DNA of 42,401 nucleotides from Reclinomonas americana ATCC 50394 (lineage: Eukaryota). Position 1 is the stretch's first letter. The number at the start of each line of letters is the position of its first letter. Shown here piece after piece: positions 12,220-23,497 of the stretch. The stretch lies in assembly GCA_048213135.1 (NCBI GenBank), contig PS015387.1, forward strand, positions 124,468 to 166,868. Direction: 5' to 3'. Below the pieces are notes generated by a model. It was not told the DNA's origin, made no database searches, and was given only the letters and a program-made list of their open reading frames with translations. The position numbers were made by a program, and so were the translations under genes.

Positions 12220-12914
12220 CATGGCCGACGTTACTGTGGCGTATGCCGCTGACGGACGTCTACAGGATGACAAGAAGAGCTCGCTGGAGACGGCTGCTGG
12301 AAAGAAAAAGGAGAAGTACCGCGATTTGGTGCGTGCTGTCGAGCAACACACGCAGAAACGCGTTGTCTTCTACACACTGGTGTTTGGCTCCGGCGGCATC
12401 GTCCCGAAACGGACTGGTGAAAACGTGGCCGACTTGGTGTATGGCCGTTCACCTCAGGAGCGTCAAAGCAGTGACGACACGGATCGCTTGCTGTCGAAAC
12501 TGTGCAGCTGTGCCGCTCGCCACGACCATTACATCTGGTCGGCGCATTGCGGTGCCGTTGCCAGAATCAACAGACGGCAGTGACAACTTCCGTGAGCAAC
12601 AACAACAACACCATCACCAACAGCAACCTCTCAAGTGCATGTCAGTTCCTTCCCGGACTTGCTTGCATGTTGCCTGGCTTTGTTGGTTTTCCCTATGTGT
12701 TCTGATACCAACACTTTGCTATCTTTCTTGCTTCCTTTTTGGAATTCGGCGTCAAATCCATGCTTGTCATGAGCCGTGGTTTCTCTTGCAGAAACGCCAG
12801 CATTAGCCATCTCGACTTTTTCTCGCTTTTTTTCGTGATGTCTGAGTTTCTGGTGCTCACTCAAGATGGTGATCATCATGCAGCTTGCTGTTTGGATTAG
12901 TAAAGTTGTTGTTG
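12220..12914 (+). mobile_element. 5'-truncated RLE-clade (R2/NeSL/CRE-like) non-LTR retrotransposon: restriction-like endonuclease C-terminal half, 3' UTR, putative (GTT)n tail
   Basis: ADVTVAY...LETAAGKKKEKYRDL...VVFYTLVFGSGGIVP fits the DVTV / KxxKY / GxxG pattern of RLE domains. The upstream PD motif and the RT are absent. GTTGTTGTTG at 12905-12914. Confidence 0.7.
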
Positions 12915-13868
12915 AGCTGTATAAATCGACTTTCACTGCGACCGACCAAACCGCTTCATTTCCGGGGGGGTGNNNNNNNNNNNNNNNNNNNNNNNNNNNN
13001 NNNNNNNNNNNNNNNNNNNNNNNNNNNNNNNNNNNNNNNNNNNNNNNNNNNNNNNNNNNNNNNNNNNNNNNNNNNNNNNNNNNNNNNNNNNNNNNNNNNN
13101 NNNNNNNNNNNNNNNNNNNNNNNNNNNNNNNNNNNNNNNNNNNNNNNNNNNNNNNNNNNNNNNNNNNNNNNNNNNNNNNNNNNNNNNNNNNNNNNNNNNN
13201 NNNNNNNNNNNNNNNNNNNNNNNNNNNNNNNNNNNNNNNNNNNNNNNNNNNNNNNNNNNNNNNNNNNNNNNNNNNNNNNNNNNNNNNNNNNNNNNNNNNN
13301 NNNNNNNNNNNNNNNNNNNNNNNNNNNNNNNNNNNNNNNNNNNNNNNNNNNNNNNNNNNNNNNNNNNNNNNNNNNNNNNNNNNNNNNNNNNNNNNNNNNN
13401 NNNNNNNNNNNNNNNNNNNNNNNNNNNNNNNNNNNNNNNNNNNNNNNNNNNNNNNNNNNNNNNNNNNNNNNNNNNNNNNNNNNNNNNNNNNNNNNNNNNN
13501 NNNNNNNNNNNNNNNNNNNNNNNNNNNNNNNNNNNNNNNNNNNNNNNNNNNNNNNNNNNNNNNNNNNNNNNNNNNNNNNNNNNNNNNNNNNNNNNNNNNN
13601 NNNNNNNNNNNNNNNNNNNNNNNNNNNNNNNNNNNNNNNNNNNNNNNNNNNNNNNNNNNNNNNNNNNNNNNNNNNNNNNNNNNNNNNNNNNNNNNNNNNN
13701 NNNNNNNNNNNNNNNNNNNNNNNNNNNNNNNNNNNNNNNNNNNNNNNNNNNNNNNNNNNNNNNNNNNNNNNNNNNNNNNNNNNNNNNNNNNNNNNNNNNN
13801 NNNNNNNNNNNNNNNNNNNNNNNNNNNNNNNNNNNNNNNNAACGTACTCTCTCGTGTCGGACGTGTCG

Positions 13869-13922
<54 letters not shown>

Positions 13923-15225
13923 CGTGTGTGTGTGTGCGTGTGTTGTGTGTGTGTGTTGTTCCTCAAAATTCCACTCACGCGATGCACTCTCATCTTTCGC
14001 TCACACATACACACAATAGACTACCCTCTGCACCTCAGGTAGTAGTTCCCGCACAGAAGAGGGAGAGCGGCACGCTGAATGACGAAAGCAGTAGACGAAA
14101 ATGGGCGGGAAAGGTGAGAAACGCACGAAACTGTCGCATTTCGCAGTAACACGCAGCGAGTGTGTTCACCACGCAATACGAGAGTACATTCTCAACTAGT
14201 GTGTGAGGGCGTTTTTTTCTTTTCTCGTGTGTGTGCGCGGGAAAACGAGGAATGCACAAAGATGTGCGTGAACCGCCTCTCCTCTCCCACTCAACAAAGT
14301 GCATGTGTGCGTGCGTGCGTGCGTGTGAGAGAGAGCACATATATGCGAACGTGAACGCCTCAAGATAGTGTGTGCAGAGAGTCCAGATTAAATGTGCGCG
14401 CGTGTGTGCGAGAAGAAATGACGTTACTCAACTTGAGAGTGCGAAATGCGTCGCAAGTGCGACCACCCACAACAGCAGGAGTGCTGCGAGCGGAATGTGT
14501 AGCACACGAGCACTTCGTGAGTGCTTGACCATTTTGTTGCGTGTTCTCTGCGTGGCAAGGCAAACGGAAGTGGTCGGAAATGGGGGGTGGNNNNNNNNNN
14601 NNNNNNNNNNNNNNNNNNNNNNNNNNNNNNNNNNNNNNNNNNNNNNNNNNNNNNNNNNNNNNNNNNNNNNNNNNNNNNNNNNNNNNNNNNNNNNNNNNNN
14701 NNNNNNNNNNNNNNNNNNNNNNNNNNNNNNNNNNNNNNNNNNNNNNNNNNNNNNNNNNNNNNNNNNNNNNNNNNNNNNNNNNNNNNNNNNNNNNNNNNNN
14801 NNNNNNNNNNNNNNNNNNNNNNNNNNNNNNNNNNNNNNNNNNNNNNNNNNNNNNNNNNNNNNNNNNNNNNNNNNNNNNNNNNNNNNNNNNNNNNNNNNNN
14901 NNNNNNNNNNNNNNNNNNNNNNNNNNNNNNNNNNNNNNNNNNNNNNNNNNNNNNNNNNNNNNNNNNNNNNNNNNNNNNNNNNNNNNNNNNNNNNNNNNNN
15001 NNNNNNNNNNNNNNNNNNNNNNNNNNNNNNNNNNNNNNNNNNNNNNNNNNNNNNNNNNNNNNNNNNNNNNNNNNNNNNNNNNNNNNNNNNNNNNNNNNNN
15101 NNNNNNNNNNNNNNNNNNNNNNNNNNNNNNNNNNNNNNNNNNNNNNNNNNNNNNNNNNNNNNNNNNNNNNNNNNNNNNNNNNNNNNNNNNNNNNNNNNNN
15201 NNNNNNNNNNNNNNNNNNNNCTCAC

Positions 15226-15259
<34 letters not shown>

Positions 15260-15293
15260 GTCTCTCTCTCTGTGCATGTGTTGCGTTAACCAG

Positions 15294-18200
15294 GAATCAC
15301 AAAATCCGCAAAATTACCGCCGCCGGAATCGTCTCCAACTTTGCCGGCTCTGGCACAGCCGGTGGTACGAACAATACCGGAACCATGGCCACATTTAACA
15401 GGTTCTGTTGTTGATCTGCGGTGCAACTCGTACGCTGCCTTTCATAAGTTCTCACTGCGGTGAGGAAGCTACATAGGCCCTCGTTTCTCTACATTGACCG
15501 CTCGACGGACACGATCTTCACGTTCGATGTGCGTCGTGCACCAGCTGTCAGCTGCTGCTCTCGCTCCCTGTCACGCTGAATTCTCATCTTTGCTTCCTCG
15601 CAGCAATTCGGATTCAGAGTTCGTACAATCACGTCTTCCGCGACAACAGCCACGCTGGCGGGCGCAGGCGTCAGTGGAAGCACCGACGGAATGGGAACCT
15701 TGGCAAAGTTTGGTTCAGGTGTCACTGGAGGATGTCTGGATACGACCAACCAAGTTCTTTATGTTGCCGATCCTGGTAACAAAACGATTCGCTCGGTACG
15801 ATGTACATGCACATTTCCTTGTTGCCCTCATTGTCTCACTTCTTCTTTTGTTTGCAGGTGACGTACGCCGGCAACGTGGTCAGATACTGCGGTGTCCAGG
15901 GAACGACTGGCACCACTGACGGCAGTTGCACTGTTCCAACTGCCAGGTTCACTACGCCTTCCGGCATGACGATTAAAGGGACGACCTTGTACGTTGGTAC
16001 GTATGAAGTGAACCGCCCACTTCGGATCTCATATGTGAACTAGACTCAATTCTCCGCACGCGCAGCGGATAGAGGCACTCACTCCATCCGCGCCATCGAC
16101 ACGACCACTCTCAACGTGACCACGTACGCCGGCTCCACGAGCAGTCTATCCGGGACGAGCAACGGCATCGGTACGTTTGCTTAATTGCTTCCTGATTTGC
16201 CCATCCTGCATCTGACGCACGTGCAACACAGGCACCTTGGCGAGATTCAACGCCCCGTTTAGTATCCTCTACGAGTCGAACCTGGACGCTTTCTTCGTCG
16301 CTGATGTTGCGTGATCCGATGCGTGTGGTCGTGTTGAGAAGGGACCGGTGTCTGACGTTGCCTGCGTGCAGCAAAACAACGGTGCGATTCGCATGATCCG
16401 TGCAAGTGATACTCTCGTGTCCACATTTGCTGGATTACCTGGCACTACCGGCCAGGTAGACGGCCCGGCAATCGGGACTGGCCGCATTAGCAATCCGGTG
16501 CGATGATAGTTTTGAGTCTGTTGTTCTCTTGCTTTTGTCGAGTCGCTCACAACCTGCGTGGCATGCATGCAGACTTTCATGGTGGTTGAGTGGGCCAACT
16601 CTCGCCTGGTGTTCACCGACCAAAACCAGCACATTATCCGCCGAGCGTCATTTGGCGGCGTGCGAGCGACGGCATCTCCGTCCACGTCCACCGGCTCGTC
16701 TCCCGTGTCCATCTCGGCTTCCGTTGCGGGTCTAATCTCGGGCAGGACATACTACTATGCGCCGGTGGCCACGACATCGACGCCAAGCACGGTGTACGGC
16801 TCGGTGCTGACGTTCGCTGCCGGTACCAACGTCGCACCCACTGCCTTGTCTTGCTCACCTCTCGGCTACGTCTCTCCATCGACCGCCAACACCAACATTT
16901 GCACCATGTCGCCGACGGATGCAAATTCTGGTCAGACCTACACGTACTCGGTGACTGGCGGAGCCGACATGGCCTCGTTTACAACGAGTGGCGCGATTCT
17001 GCGACTGGTGCCAGCTGGTATCACCAGCGCTTCATTGGTGGTGTCGGTGACTGTCACCGATAACGGTGGACTCTCGTACGCGGCAACGTTTACCATCGGT
17101 ACGTGTTTTTTCTGCCATCAAGTGTCTCCCTTGCCACTGAGAAAGCGCCTCTCGCTGACGCTCGTGTGACGTGCCTATGCAGTGCGCAACCAGGCGCCAA
17201 CGGCCGTAAGCTTGTCGCCCGCGAGCTACGTGTCACCGAGCACCGTCAACCAACTCATTGGCACCCTGAGCACCACCGACGGCGACATGGGTCAGACGTA
17301 CACATACTCGGTGGTCGGTGGCGCCGATGCTGCTTCGGTGATCATCTCCGGTGGCAACCAGCTGCAGTTCGCAGTCGCCGGCGTCACCAGCACCATGACA
17401 GTCATTGTTCGGACGACTGACAATGGATCGCCAGCGGCAACGTACGACCAAACATTCACTATTGCCAGTGCGTTTCTGTGTTTCTTTGCATCGCTCTGTG
17501 ATCGTTGAGTCACTCAGTCATCTGTGCACCTCGTTTTCAATCGTGCAGCTGGCGCGGGAAATAGCGCCCCCACCGGCGTATCTCTCACTGTGTCGTCGTA
17601 TGCACCTCCGAGCACCGTCAATCAAGTGATTGGCACGTTGAGCTCCACCGATCCGGACGTCGGCCAGACGTTCACCTACTCGGTGGTCGGTGGCGCCGAC
17701 GCCGCGTCTGTCACCATTGCCAGTGGTAATCAGCTGCGATTTGCCGCCGCCAGCGTCACGAACAACTTGACAGTGATTGTGCGGACGACGGACAACGGCG
17801 TGCCAGCACTTTCGTTTGACCAGACTCTGACGATTACAGGCAAGTATTAATCTCAACAAGAGGCGAGCTCGTAACTGATGCTGATCGACCTTCTGTTGTG
17901 CAGCGCAAAACAACGCACCAACTGATATTGTGCTGTCGGCAACGACGTACGCGCCGCCAAGCACGACGAATCTCGTCGTTGGCAGTCTGTCGACCACAGA
18001 TGTTGATAGCAGCTGGCAGTCGTACACGTATACGATTGTGGGTGGCGCAAATGCCGCCACGTTCAACATCTCTGGCACGCAGCTGCGAATCACAGCAGCA
18101 GGCGTCACCGGTGGTGGGTATTTGGTGACTGTGCGTTCGACGGACAACGGCAATGGCTCGCTGTTCTTTGACAAAACATTCACAATCAACGAAGGTCTGT

Positions 18201-19062
18201 CGTCTTTTTCGCGTAACTTGATTGTCATTGTAGTTCTTATGCGTCGTGTGGCAGCCAATGCTGCACCGACGGATATCGCACTGTCGGCGACGACATACAC
18301 GCCGCCGACTACTGCCAATCTCGTGATTGGTACTCTGTCGACCACCGATGCCAACTCTGGCCAGACGTTCACGTACACGATCGTGGGTGGAGCGAATGCA
18401 GCCATGTTCAACATCTCGGGCGCGCAGCTGCGCATCACGACAGCCGGACAGAATGGAACGGGCTTGGTGGTGATTGTGCGATCGACTGACAGCGGCAGTG
18501 GATCGCTGTTCTTCGATAAGACATTCACAATCAATGAGGGTCTGTGATTGTACTTAACAAAAGTCTCCTTTCTTCAGCTGTTTCTCACTTCTTTGCCTGT
18601 CCCCCCCCCTGTCCAGTTAATGTTGCGCCGACGGACATTGCACTGTCGGCGACGACGTACACGCCACCGACCACGGCCAATCTCGTGATTGGCAACCTGT
18701 CGACAACAGACGCCAACTCGGCTCAGACGTTCACATACGCGGTTGTTGGCGGAGCCAATGCGGCCATGTTCAACATCTCGGGCACGCAGCTACGCATCAC
18801 GACGGCCGGGCAGAATGGAACTGGCTTGGTGGTGATTGTGCGATCGACGGACAACGGCAGCGGATCACTGTTCTTCGAGAAGACATTTACGATCAACGAA
18901 GGTCTGTGTCCCTACTTGGCAACGTCTCCATTCCTCAGCTGTTTCTCACTTCCTTGCCTTCTTCTATCGATCAGTGAATGTTGCACCGACGGACATTGCA
19001 CTGTCGGCGACGACGTACGCGCCGCCAACCACTGCCAATCTCGTGGTAGGCAATCTGTCGAC
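15294..19062 (+). CDS. Large surface/adhesin-like protein (both ends lost in gaps): NHL beta-propeller repeats, FN3-like segment, at least 7 cadherin-like domains
   Basis: NHL: NHKIRKITAAGIVSNFAGSGTAG, LYVADPGNKTIR, ARFTTPSG, ARFNAPFSI, FFVADQNNGAIR. FN3-like: ASVAGLISGRTYYYAPVA...YGSVLTF. Cadherin-like consensus: NxAPTDIALS..IGTLSTTDxxxxQTFTYxIVGG.NAAxFNISGxQL..VIVRSTDNGxGSLFFDKTFTI. Confidence 0.85.
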
Positions 19063-19331
19063 NNNNNNNNNNNNNNNNNNNNNNNNNNNNNNNNNNNNNN
19101 NNNNNNNNNNNNNNNNNNNNNNNNNNNNNNNNNNNNNNNNNNNNNNNNNNNNNNNNNNNNNNNNNNNNNNNNNNNNNNNNNNNNNNNNNNNNNNNNNNNN
19201 NNNNNNNNNNNNNNNNNNNNNNNNNNNNNNNNNNNNNNNNNNNNNNNNNNNNNNNNNNNNNNNNNNNNNNNNNNNNNNNNNNNNNNNNNNNNNNNNNNNN
19301 NNNNNNNNNNNNNNNNNNNNNNNNNNNNNNN

Positions 19332-19332
<1 letters not shown>

Positions 19333-19366
<34 letters not shown>

Positions 19367-19721
19367 CACACACACAATGCAGAGGCAAAGACACGAACGC
19401 AAAATGCACACCTGCACTCCTCTTCCTCCGGCTCACTCGCTCTCACTCTCTCTCTCTCTCTCCCTCTCTCTCCCTCTCTCACTCACACACACACATGCAC
19501 ATTATGCACAGAGACAAAGAAAAAACGCAAAATGCACACTGCACTCCGCGCACTCGCTCTCACTCTCTCTCTCTCTCTTTCACCTCTCTCTCTCTCTCTC
19601 TCTGACACACACACACACACATGCACAATATGCACAGAGACAAAGACACGAACGCAAAATGCACACCTGCACTCCTCTTCCTCCGGCTCACTCGCTCTCA
19701 CTCTCTTTTTTCTACACACAC

Positions 19722-19760
<39 letters not shown>

Positions 19761-19815
19761 TGCACATCACACCTCCACTCCTCTTCCTCACGCTCACTCA
19801 TCTCACTCTCTCACA
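19333..19815. repeat. Degenerate tandem repeat of roughly 120 bp interleaved with (CT)n/(CA)n
   Basis: Three copies of a core like cagagacaaagacacgaacgcaaaatgcacac..ctcgctctcactct, lying between two N gaps. Confidence 0.7.
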
Positions 19816-20519
19816 NNNNNNNNNNNNNNNNNNNNNNNNNNNNNNNNNNNNNNNNNNNNNNNNNNNNNNNNNNNNNNNNNNNNNNNNNNNNNNNNNNNNN
19901 NNNNNNNNNNNNNNNNNNNNNNNNNNNNNNNNNNNNNNNNNNNNNNNNNNNNNNNNNNNNNNNNNNNNNNNNNNNNNNNNNNNNNNNNNNNNNNNNNNNN
20001 NNNNNNNNNNNNNNNNNNNNNNNNNNNNNNNNNNNNNNNNNNNNNNNNNNNNNNNNNNNNNNNNNNNNNNNNNNNNNNNNNNNNNNNNNNNNNNNNNNNN
20101 NNNNNNNNNNNNNNNNNNNNNNNNNNNNNNNNNNNNNNNNNNNNNNNNNNNNNNNNNNNNNNNNNNNNNNNNNNNNNNNNNNNNNNNNNNNNNNNNNNNN
20201 NNNNNNNNNNNNNNNNNNNNNNNNNNNNNNNNNNNNNNNNNNNNNNNNNNNNNNNNNNNNNNNNNNNNNNNNNNNNNNNNNNNNNNNNNNNNNNNNNNNN
20301 NNNNNNNNNNNNNNNNNNNNNNNNNNNNNNNNNNNNNNNNNNNNNNNNNNNNNNNNNNNNNNNNNNNNNNNNNNNNNNNNNNNNNNNNNNNNNNNNNNNN
20401 NNNNNNNNNNNNNNNNNNNNNNNNNNNNNNNNNNNNNNNNNNNNNNNNNNNNNNCCCTCCCCTCCCCTCCCTCCCCTCCCTCCCTCCCTCTCCCTTCCCC
20501 TTATTCCCTCCCTTCCCAC

Positions 20520-20908
20520 CTTCTTCCCCGACAAAATGCACAACGCCTCCGTATCAATCGCCTTGGAGCCGCGCACCGCACGCTCCACCAACCGCGAAAT
20601 CTCCACCGTCAACGCCGTCGCCGACTCGCCCGCAATAATCGCCGGCGACGCCATCGCCGAAATGTGCGTGTGAAACGACAGAAATCCCTCCGCCGGTCGC
20701 GCCAATTCCGGTTCCACAACCGCCGCAGTCACCACGGAAATCACTCTGTGAAAATTAAAGTGAGTGCGTGAGTGTGTGTGTGACAAGTGCACATGCACAT
20801 CACCAACCCACTCGTGACACAAACAAAAATGCACTCTTTCTTTCTCTGTCGCGGAGGGTGTGTGATGGATGAGGCAAAGATAAAGTTGCCGGAAGTCGAT
20901 GAAGGGAA

Positions 20909-20940
<32 letters not shown>

Positions 20941-21394
20941 CAATGCATGAATGCTTGTGTGTGTGCATGAGAGAGAGAGAGAGAGAGTCTGAGAGGAGGA
21001 ACATGCACACACACCCTCACAAACTCACGAATGCGTGAGATAAGGCTGACCAGTCTCACTCTCACAAAGTCTCTCTCTCACACGTGCGAGTGTGTGACAA
21101 GGCCGCTTTCGATGACAGCAACAAAGCACTGAGCCTCCCAAACACGCTTAAAGTGTGCATTAGGCGAAGGATAAGTCGCCGCGGGTGACGGATGAACGCA
21201 CATACATACATACAGAGAGTGAGAAGGATCGCCCACACATGCATCTTTCCTTGCACTCTCTCTCTCTCTCTCACACGCACACACACTCACTCACACACAC
21301 ACGCACACAATGAGAGATCATGCAGCATCATTCTCACCCACTCTCGCATGCGCAGAGAGAGAGAAGAGAGCTCATTCCCTTTCTCACACACACA

Positions 21395-21449
<55 letters not shown>

Positions 21450-21804
21450 TCACTCACTCACTCACTCACTCTCTCACACACACACGCACAGTCTCTCTCT
21501 CACGCACATACACACAGTGCATCCTTCTCCCCCACTCTCTCCCTCTCTTCTCCCCCTCTCTTCTCCCCCTTTACCCCTTCCTCCCCCCTTTCCTCCTCTC
21601 CTCCTCTCTTCCCCCTCACCTCGTCCTCCCCAGCTGCACCTCCACATGCCCTCTCTTGCTGGCAAACGACAGTCGAATCGCCCGATAGTCCAGCGGCCGG
21701 CGACCATCGCCGCGCACGGCCGCGGAGGAGCCGCTCGACGCATCGGCGCTCAGCAGCGCGTTGACGATAAAGTCGCGCTCGACTTGCGAGATGAGCTCTC
21801 TCAT
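20520..21804 (-). CDS. RRP45: Exosome complex component RRP45/EXOSC9 (first two exons; remainder lost in the gap)
   Basis: Exons 21804-21620 and 20745-20520: ERDFIVNAL..RGDGRRPLDYRAIRLSF..VEVQLGRTRV..PELARPAEG..SAMASP..RLVERAVRGSKAIDTEALCILSGKK. Confidence 0.9.
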
Positions 21805-22483
21805 GATACGGACGAAAGGGGATGGAGTGCAAGCCTGCAGGACACGGGGAGGGAGAGAATGTGTGGAGGAAAGAGAAAAGCGCGTCTGCATGGATAATGT
21901 GCTCTCACGCGCGTACGCTCCTTGGATCCTTGAGTGATGCAGCAGTGAACGTCGACATCCAGAGAATTACAAAACACTTCATTCACCACATTGCAAAAAT
22001 GCGATAAATGTCCGGATCCACAAATCCCTTGCCGACAATGACCTTACACCGCAATATACAAAACACATTATTGCTCTTCTCCAACAGTCATCTTCCCTTT
22101 CAGAAGGCACAGCCAATCAATCGCGTGTTGGCCTCAAAATAAGGATTTATGCAATTGAACCTTTATCAAATGTACATTTCTTCCAGAGGAACAGCAGTCG
22201 TTTGTGAATACAAACAAGAGAAGAACGGACAGATACAATTGGATTACGATTGTGACTGCTCCGTTCTTCTCTTCCAGAAACCTCAGTATACTAAACAGTA
22301 ACTATCACTGACATGTTGCCATGTGGTTTGGTTTTGTTCGATATCAAGCATGCCAAGCTGCTTTGATGCTCAAGTCCAACCATAGCACTTTGTTTGCTTC
22401 CCATGCACATCCACCAAGTCGATCGGCGCGTCACCGCAAGCATGTTCGCATTCATTTGCAATTTCAGCGTTTTCTCGCTCTGA

Positions 22484-23057
22484 TCAGAACAACTCCTCCT
22501 GCAGGTTAATGTGGCCAGGCAGCTGGATGCCCATGCCAGCCAGTTGTTGAACGTAATCGTCGCGTACTTGTACACGAGCGTGACGAATGCCAGTCGCTGA
22601 GACAAACGCACTCCACTCCGGAGATCGCAGATTCAGTGCACCAGGGATCCCCTGATCATGCGACGAGAAAACACACATGAGCGGATCTCTTTCTTTCCAT
22701 CTTTCTCAGTATCTCTCCTGATCTGTGTGCTTGGTCGCGACGTCGTGAACAGAGATGTTCATGTTGCTTCTCTGGTGGTTGTCGAGTTCTTTGTTTCGCT
22801 CGCACTCCGATCTTCACCCTCCTCTCAATCATGTCTCTCTCTCACATACACACTCTCTCGCCCCTCACACGCACCGGCTCCACCAAGCCGGCAAAGAGCA
22901 TCCTCAACTTCCTCAAGCGCAGTCGGCGTCCGCCTCTGGCTCGCTCGAACAGGCAGGCGGACAGGTTGACAAGGAGCTGAACCTGCGCGACATCGCCATC
23001 GGCGTCTCCAGCACCAGGTGCATTATTCATATCGACATACGGGTTGTTCTCTGCCAT
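22484..23057 (-). CDS. Small orphan protein (paralogue B of an unrecognised domain)
   Basis: Exons 23057-22875 and 22651-22484 (phase-0 GT-AG intron). Translation MAENNPY...RLRKLRMLFAGLVEP|GIPGALNLRSPEWSAFVSATGIRHARVQVRDDYVQQLAGMGIQL...EELF*. Similar to the neighbouring gene. Confidence 0.6.
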
Positions 23058-23497
23058 GTTTTCTTGTCTCACACCGAGCAGCAAAAAGTAAGCAAGCACA
23101 AATCTGACAATCCGGCACAAGCCGGCGGACGACAACCCGGCTGACTGGCTTAAAAAGCGATGAGCGAGTTGTCCGCGCACCGCAGTTGATGCATGCTCGC
23201 AGAGCACAACAAACGGAATGTTGGAGAACGAATATTGCTGTTTTGTGTATTCTCAAGAACTTTTCCCGCAGCTTTTTCATGGACGTCACTCGAGCTCCCC
23301 TCCCCGTCTCCCGTGCGCTGCGTCAGCTTCAAGTGTGGAGCGATCGGTTAAGACCAAGGGGAGGGAAATACGCGTGTACTTAACGTGACTCACAACGCGG
23401 CGAGAGAGAGAGACCGAGAGAGAACACAACAACAACGCGAAAGGAAACTGGTATTCGGCAGCTTGTTCGAAAACGGCTGGGAAGGATGGGAGCAGCA

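Noticed and set aside
12915-12972. Possible snRNA or spliced-leader target site next to the retroelement 3' end
   Set aside because: No similarity that I can recognise to U2, SL, tRNA or rRNA sequence.
13841-14590. Isolated contig with a ctgaatga...gaaa segment suggestive of a hammerhead ribozyme
   Set aside because: The core does not match CUGAnGA spacing and I could not build the three stems; the rest is microsatellite-rich non-coding sequence.
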